Notes: generated by a model from the letters alone, not told the origin. DNA of 64,000 nucleotides from Azolla caroliniana (GCA_043228905.1 JBHGNT010000004.1:1488001-1552000); one strand, 5' to 3'. Positions 11,301 to 26,254 are shown, numbered from the stretch's first letter. Made by a program: numbers and translations.

Positions 11301-12779
11301 TTCATATCGTTTTCAGGGGAAACAACTTATAGTCTATGCTTGAGTCACACTCATTGCCAAATTTGCTGATGGGGGTTTCAACCATTGTAGTTTGCTCAAT
11401 TTTTGTGAATATACTTGTTTCAGCTTCCATTTCTGAATACCTAATTATTTTTTGTGGTTCTGATAACTGTGAATCCTAACTAAACGTCAAAGCAACAGCT
11501 AAAACTGTATTTAAGGCAATTAAAGATTATCTTATCTCAAGCAGCTTTTCTAATACAGGCATTATGCTCTGGAACAAGCAATGTGGTTAAGCATGTTAAT
11601 GTAAATGGATTGGACCCTCAACGGCTACATTTGATTCTGGCGGTAATAAAAATCAATCCATGAATAGCAATGCTCATGAAGTGTTTTCAAACATCTAATA
11701 CTTGAGCTTTGAATAAGTTTGCAATGTGACGTATTTAACTCACCATTAGATAGACCTTGGATTCCTCGAGTAATCCCTGCCATCACATGTCAGAAATTAG
11801 AATATGAGGATGTGAGATATAGCCACAAGAGTTTACTGAATATGTCGTCCACGTATTTGCAGGTGTTGTCTAAACTGGCAGGAGTGAAAGCTCAAAATCA
11901 GGTGATTTTTTGTTGGATGTCCTTATTCAAGACTAATCTTGTTTGTTGGGGTCTAATATACTTGTTTGTTAAACTTATTCTAGTAGTGCTTTCATGGAGG
12001 ATCTTAGTTATGAATGTCTCTGGATATCATTGTCTGCTAGTTTTCTTGATAATGACGATTTGTTTTTCTCAGAATGTAATCATCAGTGTTGTGGGTGGTC
12101 TACAAGTGAAAGAGCCAGCTGTTGATCTAGCTGTGGCAGTTGCCCTATGCAGCAGGTTAAACTCATGAGCTGTATAATGTTTTTTCTCATTAACCCTGAA
12201 TATCTGAGAAATGTTTCTCAGCTGCTAGTTTGTATGCAGCTATTATGATAGACGGATTCCTGCAGATATGGCATTTATTGGTGAAATTGGCCTCGGTGGC
12301 GAGATAAGATCAGTGTGTGATCCTTAAAAAACCAATATGTTTTTATGTCAATGTTTTTATAATATATTCTTGTGAGAAATTCCGAACTACCCCTGGGGTC
12401 TTCTTTATTTCCTGAAATCCCCCTGAATTATAAGTTCAATTCATACTGTTTTTCTGTCGCAGGGTTTGACCAAGAGTGTTGGAGGAATTACAGAAACCAG
12501 GGGTATTTGAGGGAATAAAGGGAACTCCAGGGATACTTCGTAGTTTTTCCCATTATTCTTCCCTTTTCATGATATTGATTTCACTAACAAATGTTTCAGG
12601 TAAGGCAGCTTGATCGTCGAATTCTGGAAGTAAGCAAACTTGGGTTTCGGACATGCATTGTTCCAAAAGTAGCACAGAAGGCATTCAAAGCTTGTGCTGA
12701 TGATACTGTAAAACTTATTGCATGTGCAACTCTTCAGGAAGTTGTTACTGAGATTGTCTTGCAGTCATTTTCAGCATAA
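8354..12779 (+). CDS. RADA: DNA repair protein RadA/Sms homolog, 3' part. Exons 8354-8461, 8672-8734, 8826-8906, 8991-9056, 9131-9283, 11559-11642, 11863-11901, 12073-12155, 12240-12312, 12600-12779
   Basis: The GT-AG spliced frame is continuous. It gives Walker [50 protein letters not shown], the RadA signature [27 protein letters not shown] and [12 protein letters not shown]. The N-terminal zinc-finger and Walker A exons were not found in the window. Confidence 0.95.
12372..12551. mobile_element. Small Mutator-like MITE in the last coding intron of RadA
   Basis: Imperfect ~65-bp terminal inverted repeats (GTGAGAAATTCCGAACTACCCCTGG versus the reverse complement of the right end, GGGAAAAACTACGAAGTATCCCTGG). 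Flanks TATATTCTT and ATTATTCTT resemble a 9-bp TSD. Confidence 0.65.
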
Positions 12780-15029
12780 CCTCCATCATTGTATGCAGAA
12801 AGTGAATCAAACGCAAATATTTTTGGGTTAAATCAAGTGGCTTTGTTATGAATTACATGCTACTTCTAGAAATCACATCGAAGAAGATTTTTCATCTGGA
12901 TTCCAATCATCAAGAAGACAAAGCTGACTCACGTGTGTTCTAAGGAACAAGAGGTGCCGAATACCATGGAAGCAACATTTTGTAAGATTTCTCTCTTTTT
13001 ATGGACGTTAAAAATATCTATCTATCTATCTATTTCTTTAGAGGCTTATTGCAATCAAAGATCAGTTAATTGACTTGACTTTTTCTTCTATGTATTCATG
13101 ATTAGGTGGGCAAGGAATACATAACTTGGAGTCCTTGCAAGTCATCCACTTGTCAATTTATATATATAAGTGAAATTCATGATCACATATAGACACTTCT
13201 ATTGTGGCCATATATTTCAACTCAATGATGCTAATTGCATAGAAAAATGACTCCCAAGTTTTGAGTGAAATCAAGTGTATAGATGCTTCAGGTGTATTTT
13301 TCATTTTTGTTTTTGTGTTTCGTAAGTATTATAGAGTCTGTTCTTGTTTTTGGTATTTATCGATGATGTTGAAGTGTTCAAGTATCTGCTAATATGAGAA
13401 TTAGATGCAACAAAGAGACAAAATTTAAATACATGGACTCACCCCCAACATGAATACTAGCCAGCCCAACGTATACATATACTAACACTTTGAAATCATG
13501 TCAACCATAGACATAATATTGTTATGGCTACTAATAGCATACCACTTTTATGGCATGTGGTTGACCTAAGATGTGGAGTGTAAAAGGTATTTAGGCTTAT
13601 TGTCTAGAAAAACTCGACATCATCACAAACGCTTAGTTCCAAATGAGAGAAAGCATTGGTGCACTATGCCATCTATGATTACAAAGAACAGTTCTTTTTC
13701 CAAAAAAGAAAAGACTGTTATGAAAGGAATTTGATTTTATGAGTCAGGTTGAACAGTCTATGAAAAACTTAAGTTGTCTTAAAAATATCATAGATCCAAA
13801 TAAGAGGAATAAACAATGGATGAAATTGGGATGTTCTATTATAATACAATTTGAGGTAATAACACTATATGTGTGGAGCGCAGAATGATTGCAAGTTTTA
13901 TCTTGATCCATAAAACCTCCAATCATTCAACTATACTTATAGGTTGGTGCTTCCGTCTTGTCTCCTGTTCGGGCATTGAGAACACATTTTAATCCTTGAG
14001 TTGTGTTATTATAGTTTGCAATGTTGCACTTTCACCTATTTGCATTTGTGAATGTATCTTCCATGCTTCATGGTATTGTGGGCTATCGTATTTACCTTCT
14101 GTTGGTTTCCTTTCCTAGTCGTTCATGTTGTATATTTGACCCTTATTGGGGCCATGCAAGGATTATGTGCACCATGTAGAATGCAAATCAAGAAATTGGG
14201 GCTCAAGGGTGAGAAAAGGTCTACTCTTTTGTTTCTTAAGTGGCATTTCTAATTCAGTTTGTCAAGGATCTTTAAACGTTTGGAAGGAATGGTTGTGCAT
14301 ATTGAAATAAAAAGGGTCACACTAATGACAAACATAGTAAGATCAATTAGAAGAGCAAAATTTCAATGTGTAAATAGCAAAAAAGGTAAGGCAAGAACTA
14401 GAAAGGTTTGTCTATTGAAAATCTTGAAGTTCATTTAGTATTTATCAAAGTGTTGGTGTTCTTTTGCAAAACATTTATTGGAACCTAATGTTTTTATTTG
14501 AGGAATATTCCAAGTCAATAAATTTGCGACACAAAATTTATATGATTCTAGTAGTTCTCACAATTACGTTGATTATCATTTGGTACATTGAGAATTCAAA
14601 GTGATCTAATTGACCATACTTTAACAATATTTACTGAGCTTACGGAGGAACTCAATTCAACGGTGTAGCTCATTAAATATAATACTTTATTTTAATCAAC
14701 AATGTACTTCAGTTTGTCAATGTTGTAATTGATTAGCTTATGAAAGGACTTGTGTCAAAAAGATTGATTTTCATGTAATGAAACTTCAATTTGTCGATAT
14801 AATAAATTTCAATACCTTTTACAAAGTTCTAGCTTTGGTCTTAGGATTATCGTATATCATAGTACATGAAAATTGTAATCTTTTGGGCACACAAGCTTAA
14901 GTTGTAGCATTCACATGTTTTTTCTTAATACTAATGAGGAAAATCTTTGAATAAAAATAAATAAATAAATAAATTTTGTCGATATAATACTATGCTTTTA
15001 TTGACCTTTCGAAAGATCAAACACATAAA

Positions 15030-18000
15030 TTGGGATGAATAACTTAATAAGATTTCCAACATTCTTAAGGAAGATGTTTGTCTTGCTCTACACATTTTAC
15101 TCAACTTGTCAAAAGCCCGCTGACGTTGAAATTAGCATAAGTGATTATGCAATCAAAGAAGTTTTGGTTATCAAAACGGCAATCTCGTTGCATTTCAAAG
15201 ATACTAAATCCTACTCAATGTCAATATTCAATTTTGTTTGTTGTCATACACACATTATCATCTTGGAGACATTACTTATATGGAAACCGGTTTGTGGTTA
15301 CAACATACTATCAATCATTGAATTTTCATTTTGGGACCAACAATTTTTCTTTTATCATTAAGCTTGATGGGCAAACCTCATTCAGGATTTGGATTTCTCT
15401 ATAAGATATCACAAAGGTTTTATGAACCGTGAGATGAATGCTCTAAATCACAATTCATGAAGTTGAGATGAATCTAATAATTATAATAAACTCTAATTGA
15501 AGTACATTGATGAAATTCTCATTACAAATTACAAATCAGGGCAATATCTAGCCTAGATGCCAATATATGCATCGTACCCTTGAAGACCTTTCATGTTTCG
15601 AATAGTTAGGTCTACAAGTAGAAGTATAGTTAGAGATACAATAATGCTCCTGAAGTCATAAAAAATATCTTTTTGAATGTCATGTTGGACTTCAATTTCT
15701 TGTTTCTACCAATGTTTACTAGCCTAAAATGCACTAAACGACGTAAAACCTCAAGTCTTTGTATCCATTGGATATACCTAACAATAAATGAGAAAGTATA
15801 TAGATGAACTTTGTTGTTGGTCTTCTTTTTTTTCCAAAAAAGAATATCCTTCCATTAGATAAGAAAACCAAGTTTGCTACAACATACAAAGTATGCGGAA
15901 AGAAAGCCAAGATACTTTCTAAAGCCCTCTTGTAAAATTCAATGGGCAACCATAGATCTTTCCCTAAAGAGGCTAAGGAGATGGATCTATATACATCCCA
16001 ACTTACAACGGAGAACAACCAACAAAGGGGGGGAAACTGCTAGATCATCTTACAATCTACTCATTGAAAAACTAGAATACAACTTCAAAGCTTCTGAAAA
16101 GAAATTTGTATTAACAATGTAGAATCCATATGTGTAGCAATACTATCATTTTGTCTTTTATCCAAATCAAAGATTGTGACCCTGTCCATGTTGTCCAGCA
16201 CTTCCTTGGTTGTTCCAAACCTACCACCTTTGTCATTCATGTCCATCGAAGCATTGCCCAATACCATTATATCATTATCCACAAGAGCCATATCCGGTTT
16301 TCCCTTGTCGATAGCTTCTACACTTCCACAAGACTTTGCTACGACAAGCTAGGAGACCACATGTAAAGAAAAAAACAATCTCCAACATGTAAAAACAAGG
16401 CCATTTTATCATGATTGCATTCCAAATGGCCACCAGCTAATTCCAATGTCTGAAGTCAAGCAATGTCTTCCGATGACAACAACACATTTGGCCTGAGTTG
16501 TTGTGTCTTAAAACCATTAAAAATCTCCAAGCTTCAAAACCTGTATTGTCGTTGACCCTCAAGAAAAAGCTTCCAAATCCACATCATCAACACTCGTAAA
16601 ACAAAAAAAAAGAAAAAAGAAAATGCATCTACTCTCCCATCGTGAAGTATGCTTCAACCCCCGCCAACCTCATGACTCATCCTTATCAAACAAGAAACAG
16701 TTTTATTTTCCCCATCCAACAGACCACCGAAGCCCTGTACAAGAAAAAACATAATGACACTACTCTCTGTATCCCCTCATGAAATTATGCTTCTACCCTC
16801 GACACCATCGTCAATCATCCTTGTTAGTCATCCTTGTCATCTTTTACTACGAAGGTCCTTGAGATTGGAATACGCGATGACCAACATCCAATGTGCTCTC
16901 CTTCTCCCCTCATGAAAGTATGCTTCAGCCCCTACACCATCAAAAAATCGAATGAATCACTCTCCTCAAACACTCATAAAAACTGCTTCACCCTCCAACA
17001 CCATCTTTATGAAAATCTGCTTCATTTTCAACATCAACCATCTGTCCATTTTCAGATTCCATCAAGCATCCTGACATATAGACGGCAAACAATAAATATA
17101 ATAAAGTATAATATTATATACCCCTCAAAAAATCGAATGAATACTCTCCTCAGACACTCATAAAACTGCTTCCCCCTCCAACACCATCTTTATAAAAATC
17201 TGCTTCATTTTCAACATCAGCCATCTGTCCATTTTTAGATTCCATCAAGCATCCTGACATATAGACAACAAACAATAAATATAATAAAGTATAATATTAT
17301 ATACACCCTCAGAAAAATCGAATGAATACTCTCCTCAAGCACTCATAAAAAACTGCTTCCCCCTCCAACACCATCTTTATAGAAAATCTGCTTCATTTTC
17401 AACATCAACCATCTGTCCATTTTCAGATTCCATAAAGCATCCTGACCTATAGACAGCAAACATATTAGTGTAAAAAACACCCTCACCAACTCATGATACG
17501 ATGCTTCAAACCCCACACCACTTCACTTGTCCTTATCCCTCAAAAGAATGTTGCTTCAAAAAGAATTTGCTTCTTACGTCCACAATAACCATCTTGCCAT
17601 CTCGCTAATCGGCACCAAATTTTGGCTTGCCATGTCCTTGATTTCCACCAACAGCATCACTTATCATGTCCAACGACACTACTTCATAGTCCATTAGGTA
17701 AGCAAGAAAACCTGCCGAAAAGTATCCAACAATACAGATTACTTTGAATAGAAATCTATAAATATCTCCCTATCACATCATAGGAACACTTCTTCCTCCC
17801 ATAACAACATCCTTTTACAACAAACAAATGACTTATTATGTTTATAAACAAGTTATGTTGTTATGTGCTCTGAAATAAGAAAGGATTAGGCGGAGGAAAC
17901 AACCATCGTGGTGGCACATAATTCCAATAGTTTTCATGTGTCCCATCCAACCATAGAGGTATTGGCTTCCATGTCTGACGAATTTTTCTTCTTTTCTTAT

Positions 18001-18620
18001 GCACCAACTTTATTATTGGTCTTCCTTGAACAAAAGGGTCACAACACTATATTGTTATTGTTTATCAACTAACAAAATTGGCTATGTTTATCTCCTCAAA
18101 AACAACATTGACAACTCAATTAGCTTAGTAATTTGCTTTATGAGTTACAATGGATAGAGTTTCCAAGCATTTTGAAAGCTAGAGATTATGTTGAGCTCGG
18201 GCTCTTTTGATCATCCTCAATTTGCTTGAAAGACTAATCACGCTAACCAAACATAAAGAGAATGTTTCAAGTTATGTCACAAAAAGACTTCTATATGGCA
18301 ACAATGTCTTCTTATTTTAAAGTTTGCTTATAATAGATGACGCAATCATTATTGGATATAGTCCTTTTATGTTTATGTATAGCTTCCAATTACCATGAGC
18401 CCTAACAAATGTTTTTTTTTCTCCAAAAACCTAACTGATGATAATACATTCCATGATGAATTAGAGAGCACATAAATTATTTTAAGGGATATACAAGAAA
18501 CGTGCATATTGCAGAACACAATATCAAAACCACTTTAAGATAGAGTGGACAACACTGCAAAACTAGTCCTGCATTATTGAGGATCATTTTCGATCCTTCA
18601 ACACATTAGTGAAATAACTT
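15030..18620 (+). mobile_element. Highly decayed Ty3/gypsy pol relics (RNase H and integrase-like pieces)
   Basis: WRHYLYGNRFVVTTYYQSL at about 15265-15320 resembles RNase H. FAYN...IGYSPFMFMYSFQ at about 18320-18390 resembles integrase. Many stop codons. Confidence 0.55.
16940..17462. repeat. ~185-bp tandem repeat, about 3 copies
   Basis: AAAAATCGAATGAA...CTCTCCTCA recurs at about 16943, 17127 and 17313. Confidence 0.9.
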
Positions 18621-19566
18621 ATGGGCTCTAATAACAACATTGTATCAGTTAATGATCTAGTTATGTTTCACGATTTGTATTATAATCAAGCATGTGCTAA
18701 AGCACATTTTCAATTCTAGAGCTAAAAATCTTCCTGGTAAATATATTTGAAAATTTAAGCTTAAATGGCAAGATTAACTATTATTGATGTTGCTTGGGAC
18801 AAAAGTGAACGTTAAAAATTGTGTTTCCTACATTTTTATGGTAAGAGTGCATTTTATGTGCAAAAACTTAATGTATCATTTAAGGGTGAATTTTAATGGA
18901 CTTAGGGGTAGGATAATTAATTTGCTGATTATCCTAGGAGTTGAGGCAACTCACGCAGGGTCATGACATGTGGTAACTTGAGGGTCTACAATTTGCAATA
19001 TTATAGGATTAGCTAAATTCGCGAAACCAGCGAGACAACCTTCTTAGCTGGAACATTGTGAAACAACAATAGTGTGGTGAGGCTCTTGTTATCATATTGT
19101 TGTATTGATTGAACTTGAGGTACAATCCTAGGCAATATTTGGTGGTATAGGGTGCCAATGGTGTTTTAGATTTGTATTAGTTCCTCATTTGGAAGTGGTT
19201 GGGTGGAAAAGAGACCTTATCCTTTTCTTTTCATTATTTACTCGCCTATTTGCTTAATCATTAGTGTCCTTAACTCAAGGGTCACTTATCAATTCCACAC
19301 ATACTATGTGAACATGATTAACATTGGTTCCATATGTCATATTTGACCACCAAATACATCAATCAAATCAAATCCCTCTATTTATCTATCACACACATGC
19401 ACACTTTTTATTTATAATACATTATATTACATGTGGAAAATTTCAAGACATGTGAAATCCCATAGCGAATGAATACACGATACAAACCAAGAAGTCTCCA
19501 ATAACACATACGGTTTGCACCCTCATCTCTCCTCGAGGATTACTTTGCTTTCCTTTCTTAGCTTGA

Positions 19567-20180
19567 ACCACATATGGTGACTTGGCCAAGTAATGAACCT
19601 CTATCAACAAACTATATAATATCCTTAAACATGAATTTGTGGAACTTTTACCGCCAAAAACATTCAAACAAAAAAGCATAGGATGCTTTATGTTATATTG
19701 AAAAGTAACTAAAGTATGCAGAGCTAATGGCGACGACTATCAGAAGGTAGTTTATAGATTAGTGGTGGTTGATTGTGATGGCCATTGTTGAGAGACAAAT
19801 AGGAAATCCATCAAGCACAATGTTTGACACAATTGAAAACATTTCTTATGGTTACGTAGTTTTACATAAATATGTAACCACATATGACGGCTTGGCCAAG
19901 TAATGAACCTCTATCAACAAACTATATAATATCCTTAAAACATGAATTTGTGGAACTTTTACCGCCAAAAACATTCAAACAAAAAAGTATAGGATGCTTT
20001 ATGTTATATTGAAAAGTAACTAAAGCATGCCGAGCTAATGGCGACGACTATGAAAAGGTAGTATATAGATTAGTGGTGGTTGATTGTGATGGTTGTGGTT
20101 GAGGGACAAATAGGAAATCCATCAAGCACGATGTTTGACACAATTGAATGCATTTCCTGTGGTTACATAGTTTTACATAA
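19567..20180. repeat. ~311-bp tandem duplication
   Basis: ACCACATATG...CTTGGCCAAGTAATGAACC recurs at about 19567 and 19878, with several substitutions. Confidence 0.9.
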
Positions 20181-22906
20181 CTAACAATGTCCAACAGAGT
20201 TTGTGAAAACTATGATTGACAACACTTGCTTTTATGTAATGGTGTATATGGAGAAGAAATACATGCCTACAATAAACTTACATACATACATACATATATT
20301 CATAGCTAGCCCCTCCACTTTGTTAGTTTTGATTGCCTTTTTAAGGCCAAAGCTAATGTTTTCAATCATTGTAAAAGTGTGTTAATATCGATTGGAATGT
20401 TGTAAAGGCATATGTTAAGGAGGAAATTGTTAGTTTGCATGATCTCAAAATCAAAGCACGAAAACCTTTTTAAGGGGTAATGCTAGCATTTCCACCCTTG
20501 AGTCTTGTATTTCAGAAAATGTGTCACTATCAATATTATAAAAGCCAAATTTTAGGACCAACGCGTTAGTTTATATTATCTCAAAGTAAAAATATGATTC
20601 CATTACGTAAAATTGTCACATCAAATATCACTAAGATTGTTACTATTACGACATAAGCTTTCCCAATACAATGACATTTCATATATTTAAAGGTTTGTAT
20701 GTTCCTCAACTCCTACATTCCAGATCTAGCTAAGGTACTTCTCAATGAAATCTACCATTTTCATTTGTGCACTCCATTTGTTGTCTTTGATGGCTAATGG
20801 GAATAATCACCCATATCCACATCTCGTTTTACGTAAGGGTAACTTGAGTGGGCTTGCATTTCTTTTTTATTTACAATTTCAATTTGTAAATCTCATTGTA
20901 ACCGTTTGTGGGGATATCACAAGGTGAATGATGGAATTATCATAAACAATGAAACATAAGGTGGAGGAGTCCATAGTACTGAAAAGTGGTCCAAACATCA
21001 AATTCTTCCATTCATAAGGAAATCAATTGAGATAATGCTATTGGAAGACAAAGATGGAGTTGTAAAAGTCCCTAAAGATGGCGAAAGGATTGATGATACT
21101 CTTCTAAGAAGATAAGGAACAATGTGAAGAATTTATGAAAGTGATGGCATTGGGAGTGAAGCTTGACAATACAACACAACACAACAAGAGAGAGGCAGGC
21201 ATATAACCATGCAAAATATAGGATTAACTCATTCGAGCCATGGATTGTGTTATGGAAATGTAGGGATTTCTCCTTCAATGATGCAAAATAATTACACAAA
21301 TAAATATCTCAATTTAATTTGAGCTTTTTATCACTGAGATATGAGAGCATCACACTATTGCTATCAATGCATGTACAAATATGTTATCTTTGTGAATATG
21401 TTGCATATACTCTTGAAAGCAACTTTTGGTGTAAATGTAACTAAATGTAAATATTGAACATAGCTCAAGAAGTCTCGCTTTGACTTTGTATAGTCAAAGC
21501 CTATTGTTTGCCGAAGGTCTCCCTTTTTAGATGACCATGCATTATGACTTAAAGTCATCCCTTGTGGCATGTCGAATGAGATGTTCTCATCCTTCAAATA
21601 CTTCCTTGTTTGTGCCTTTCATAGTACCACACTAGTTATGGGATTTGTGTTTGCACTCAATGTGTTGAATGAAAAAGATCTAAATAAATCATGAATTATG
21701 TGAGATTTGGGATTTCTTATATAGAATTAATGAAGTCAAGGTTGGAGACAGTCCAAACTTATAATTTATAATAATATGGTGTATGGATGCTAAATCAAAC
21801 TCTTGTTTTGATAATGTACACTATACCTTGACAAACAACCCGTGTACTCTTTGTCACTTTATGTCTTTTCACTTTTGACATTGCATGTGTCATAATGTTC
21901 TATTATTAAGGAATGGTATTTAGTTTTAGTACGAAAGGACATTTCTTTGGATATTTCATACATGCATATACTATTTGTGTTTGTTGAGAGTCGAGACTCA
22001 AGATCCTCCTTTCGTCTTTTTGTCTTGTGAAGATTGATGAATGTACACCTACCAAGCAACACTATTACGTATATGTGTTGAAGGTAAACTTGTGCAACAA
22101 TTAGTAAATCAATCCCACATGTTGCAAAATGAAAGTATGATAAAACTATCTTGCCCTTTTGCTTGGTGGTCATCATTGTTGAAGTTTATTACCATGAGAG
22201 AGATGTGCAAGACAACCAAGTCTTCTCATCTTGAAAAGTTACATTTCATTGTTTCACTAGTGAGACAATGAATGTGAATTAGCCTAATACCAAAGCATAT
22301 TGTGACATATGGCACTTTAGGAATTTTGAACATGTGGAGGGAGAGATAATAAAATCATGGATGCCACAATTGTAGGTAAAATCATGAAATTTTAGGAATT
22401 CACCATTATCTATGTCGACAATTGGAAGTAAAAGGGCATAATAAACTTTGTAGACAAATTTAATGTATAGTCTAAATGAAGCCAAATCATGCATTATTTG
22501 TTAAAATCATTGAAGGTAATTAAGGAAATGGTTACTACATTGTTCATATTCATCTTTAAACTACGCCACACTTAATCATTAACCTTCAATAATCCATTTT
22601 AATGTTTACTAAAGGAAAATTATTTTTACAATATGACTTGCTTTATCAAGAGGCGTGTACATGCATAAATGTCTCTTGGGTGCCAAATCCTACTAAAGAA
22701 ATAATTTGTCATCTCTCCTAGAGAGATCCTCCCTACCTACATATTACGCAAGGAAAAAAGGAAGAGGGTTTTCCAAGAGTTTTTTGGGATGGAATACATA
22801 CATATGGCATGTCGCTACGCAACATTGTGATTCAACAACCTAATTTAGTCTCAAGCCAACATTTCAGTTGATGTTGGAACTCATAAGCCAAAAGATATAT
22901 TTTAAA

Positions 22907-23219
22907 GGGAAAAGTACCAGGATACCCCTGGAAGTTCGTCTATTTACTAGAATGCCCCTAGAAGTTCCAAATTTACCAAACTACCCCTATGTCCAAAAAA
23001 GTATACTTTATAAAGTAATTATACAATCAAATCTACAAGCCCTATTTACCGAAGATGGAAGAAATGGACACGAACTAGCCCTATTTACAAAAGATTTGAG
23101 TGTATAATTACTTTATAAAGTGTAATGTTTTGGACATAGGGGTAGTTTGGTAAATTTAGAACTTCCAGGGGCATTCTGGTAAATAGACGAACTTCTAGGG
23201 GTATCCTGGTACTTTTCCC
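22907..23219. mobile_element. Mutator-like (MULE) MITE, 313 bp
   Basis: ~120-bp near-perfect TIRs GGGAAAAGTACCAGGATACCCC.../...GGGGTATCCTGGTACTTTTCCC, with a perfect 9-bp TSD TATTTTAAA on both sides. Confidence 0.93.
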
Positions 23220-23467
23220 TATTTTAAAATAGGGCAAAGAGAAAACAATCATATATTATCTTCTCTTAAAGCTCATAAGGTTAAATCTCCTTCACAAACG
23301 CCAATTTATTCATATTAAAACAAAGAAATGTCATCTAAAGTTAAGTCACAATGTAGATTAAAAAAGAAAGTGTTACTAATAAAAGTCACAATCCGGCACC
23401 GAAGAGTATACCATATATATATGGTTCGAGCAAAATAGAGGGACAATGGGCATTAAGTCACTTACAT

Positions 23468-25615
23468 TTTCTTTTTTTTATTTATTGATTTATTTATTGA
23501 CTTATTTATTTAGAAAGATGCACCTTAGTATATATTACTTGAAAACTATACATAAAGAAAATAGAAGGAGAGATTTCATCTCACTTCTTATTGTAAGATA
23601 CGAAATCTAGTATAAGCATCTTATCAAACATATGATGTCATAAATAAAACAAGTAGAACAATACTATCAACTATCCAACATAAAAGAAGGTATGGCATAA
23701 TTCCACTTCAAACTAGCAGTTGTATCCAAAAATAAGTGAAGTCCTTGCCATCGATTCTTAAAGGCCATTTGTTGTTGCCACAGAACATCATCTGAACCCT
23801 GTAAATCATCATATTAACCACGTAGTGTGTGGACAAATAACATCCAGAATTCAATAAGCATAGTGTTGAGATGTATGTGAACACTATTAAAAACAAAATC
23901 ACATCTCGCTTTCCATATTATCCAAAGAGCCAATGACGTAATAGTACGCCAAATAACCAGATTTTTAATTCTGAACCATTGAATAGAAGAAGGAAACGAG
24001 GTAAGTGAGAGGTGTCCATAAGAAAAACGAAAAACATGAGAAGCATGCATACTTTCATACCTCATAACCTCTCCATGAAGGACACCCCACAATACTGCAT
24101 CCCAAGAGAAAACTGAACGAGAATAGTGCTGTCTCAACAATAAAAACAACTTACTCCAAAAATGCTTAATCTTGGGACATAACCAAAACACATCCAAAAT
24201 TGATTCAGTAGGTGTGTCACAATGCAATCCACAACCATATTGCTAACGTTGCCTCAACCAATCATCAACAAGAAGAGCATAATGAGTCAACAACTAACGA
24301 AATCAAATAACGTTTTTTGGCAACTGCATGCTCCACAACCATTTCCAAAATTTTGCAAGTTGCAATTCCTACACATTATTCTCAAACCAGTGCTTCAGTA
24401 GGGCATTTATACTTTGACTAGAACAACAAATTTCTACCTAGCTTAACCGAATATTGGAAAAACTCCAAATGTTTACCATTTCCACCAAAACTCGGCTTTT
24501 TCCATTGATAATCAGACGGATCCTAGTCCAAATTATGAAGTCTGAGGTTTTTTTTTAAAAAAACCCACAATGAGTAATAAAGCAAGCATTCTTGAAAGGG
24601 TGGATCCAAAGACCATTTTTTTCCCTATCTTGCAACTACTCGAATAATAGAAGTGTTGGCGGACATCCACACATCTGATACAGAGTATACATGCCACAAC
24701 CTACCATCATCATCAACATTAAAGTACATAGCATCACATGTAGCATTAGTTACTTCAGCTCCTAAAATAACTTTTAAAGGAGAAACAAAAACAAACCATA
24801 TCTGATTACTTGAGGGGGACAATGAAGCCATAAATTTTCCTAATGTCATTTGCATATCATTACAAATAATACCACCTCCTTGAACTGAATACATTGATAA
24901 ACATTGTAACGGTTAATTCATAACATGGCATCCCCATGAAAGAACATTACATGCAACTGATGCATCCAAAGAAGCCCAATTTAGCCTAGGATGGCTACCA
25001 AGCAAAAAACCTCTCGCATCAGAGAAGAGAAATTTCCAGGTCAATGGCTGTCTCAACAAGTCATTCATTGTCAAAGGCATTTTCCGAACCAGAAATTTCT
25101 TAATAGCAGCCCAACTTGTAAGAATTCCATTAAAAAATCTATCTTCCAGTAAGTTTGTTTTAAGGAAATGAAAATTCTAAATAAATGCCCACCTTAGTGA
25201 GGGTTGTCATATTCCACTTATTGTCAAACACATAGTAGACTCCAAACACGTTGCATTGACAACATAGCTCTACACACAAATTTAGAGAGCAAAGCCTTAC
25301 ATTGTGATTCCGGATCCACCAACCCCAACCCATTATTTTGTTGTGCATCAATCAATATTGCCCAAGCTACTTTAGGCCTTTTATCTTGACCTGTTTTTCC
25401 TCCCCAAATGTAATTGTGAATAAGACGTTGCTCGTGCAAAATGCATGACCTAGCAAACAACGTAGTAGAAGTGATATACCAAATAGTTGCAAGAAGAACT
25501 TAATTAGCTACAAGTACATGGCCTTCAAATGATAGGTCAACTGAATCCCAAACCCACAATTTTCTCCTTAATTTTAAAAATAGAGGAGCAACTAACACAT
25601 CTGCATTAACATGAA
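23468..25615 (-). mobile_element. 5'-truncated L1-type LINE relic (ORF2 C-terminus with zf-RVT)
   Basis: NYIWGGKTGQDKRPKVAWAILI...GLGLVDP, C...ESILDVFWLCPKIKHFW and LALWIIWKARCDFVFN. An (AAAT)n-like tail lies at about 23468-23511 on the - strand. Confidence 0.85.
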
Positions 25616-26254
25616 ATCACTTACATCATTAACTTGACACACAACATTTTTATCCTAATACTTTCCAATGGGGTAAAGGGTTTGAAAGGGTTTGAACTTT
25701 GAACACTTCCTTCAAGTTTGATATTTTCCATCCATAATTTTATACAAAAATGGTATATAGCCCATGACATGTTCTAAATATAGGGGCAACAATTCAAATG
25801 TATGCTTCTAGAGAGAAATATGATAGATACATGGTTTTATATGTTCATCATATTTTAGGATAAATAATTTGACACTCAAGGAGACATTTTAATGAAAACG
25901 AATAAATGCAAGGACCACGAGACTGGAACATTGGCCTTTTGTAAACTTTATAACTTGCTACAAATATGCAAGTTGTCTTGCCCAACTTGTTCATCCTTAT
26001 CCCCATCTATCGATTGGCCCCTTTAACCTAATAAGATTGCTACACATGTATCTATGTTTACATATGCTCATATAATCACATATATACGTGTGATCGAAAG
26101 AGATTTATGCAACCTTATCACATTTGCAATGCTCTATACCTAGCAACCTATGGATCATTGACTAACAAGAAGCAAATTGAATAGGAGTTGGCTGGCTTCT
26201 TTTTTTCTAAAATAAATTCCGATTCGCTAGAGAGAGATCAATTGCTTGCTTGCT

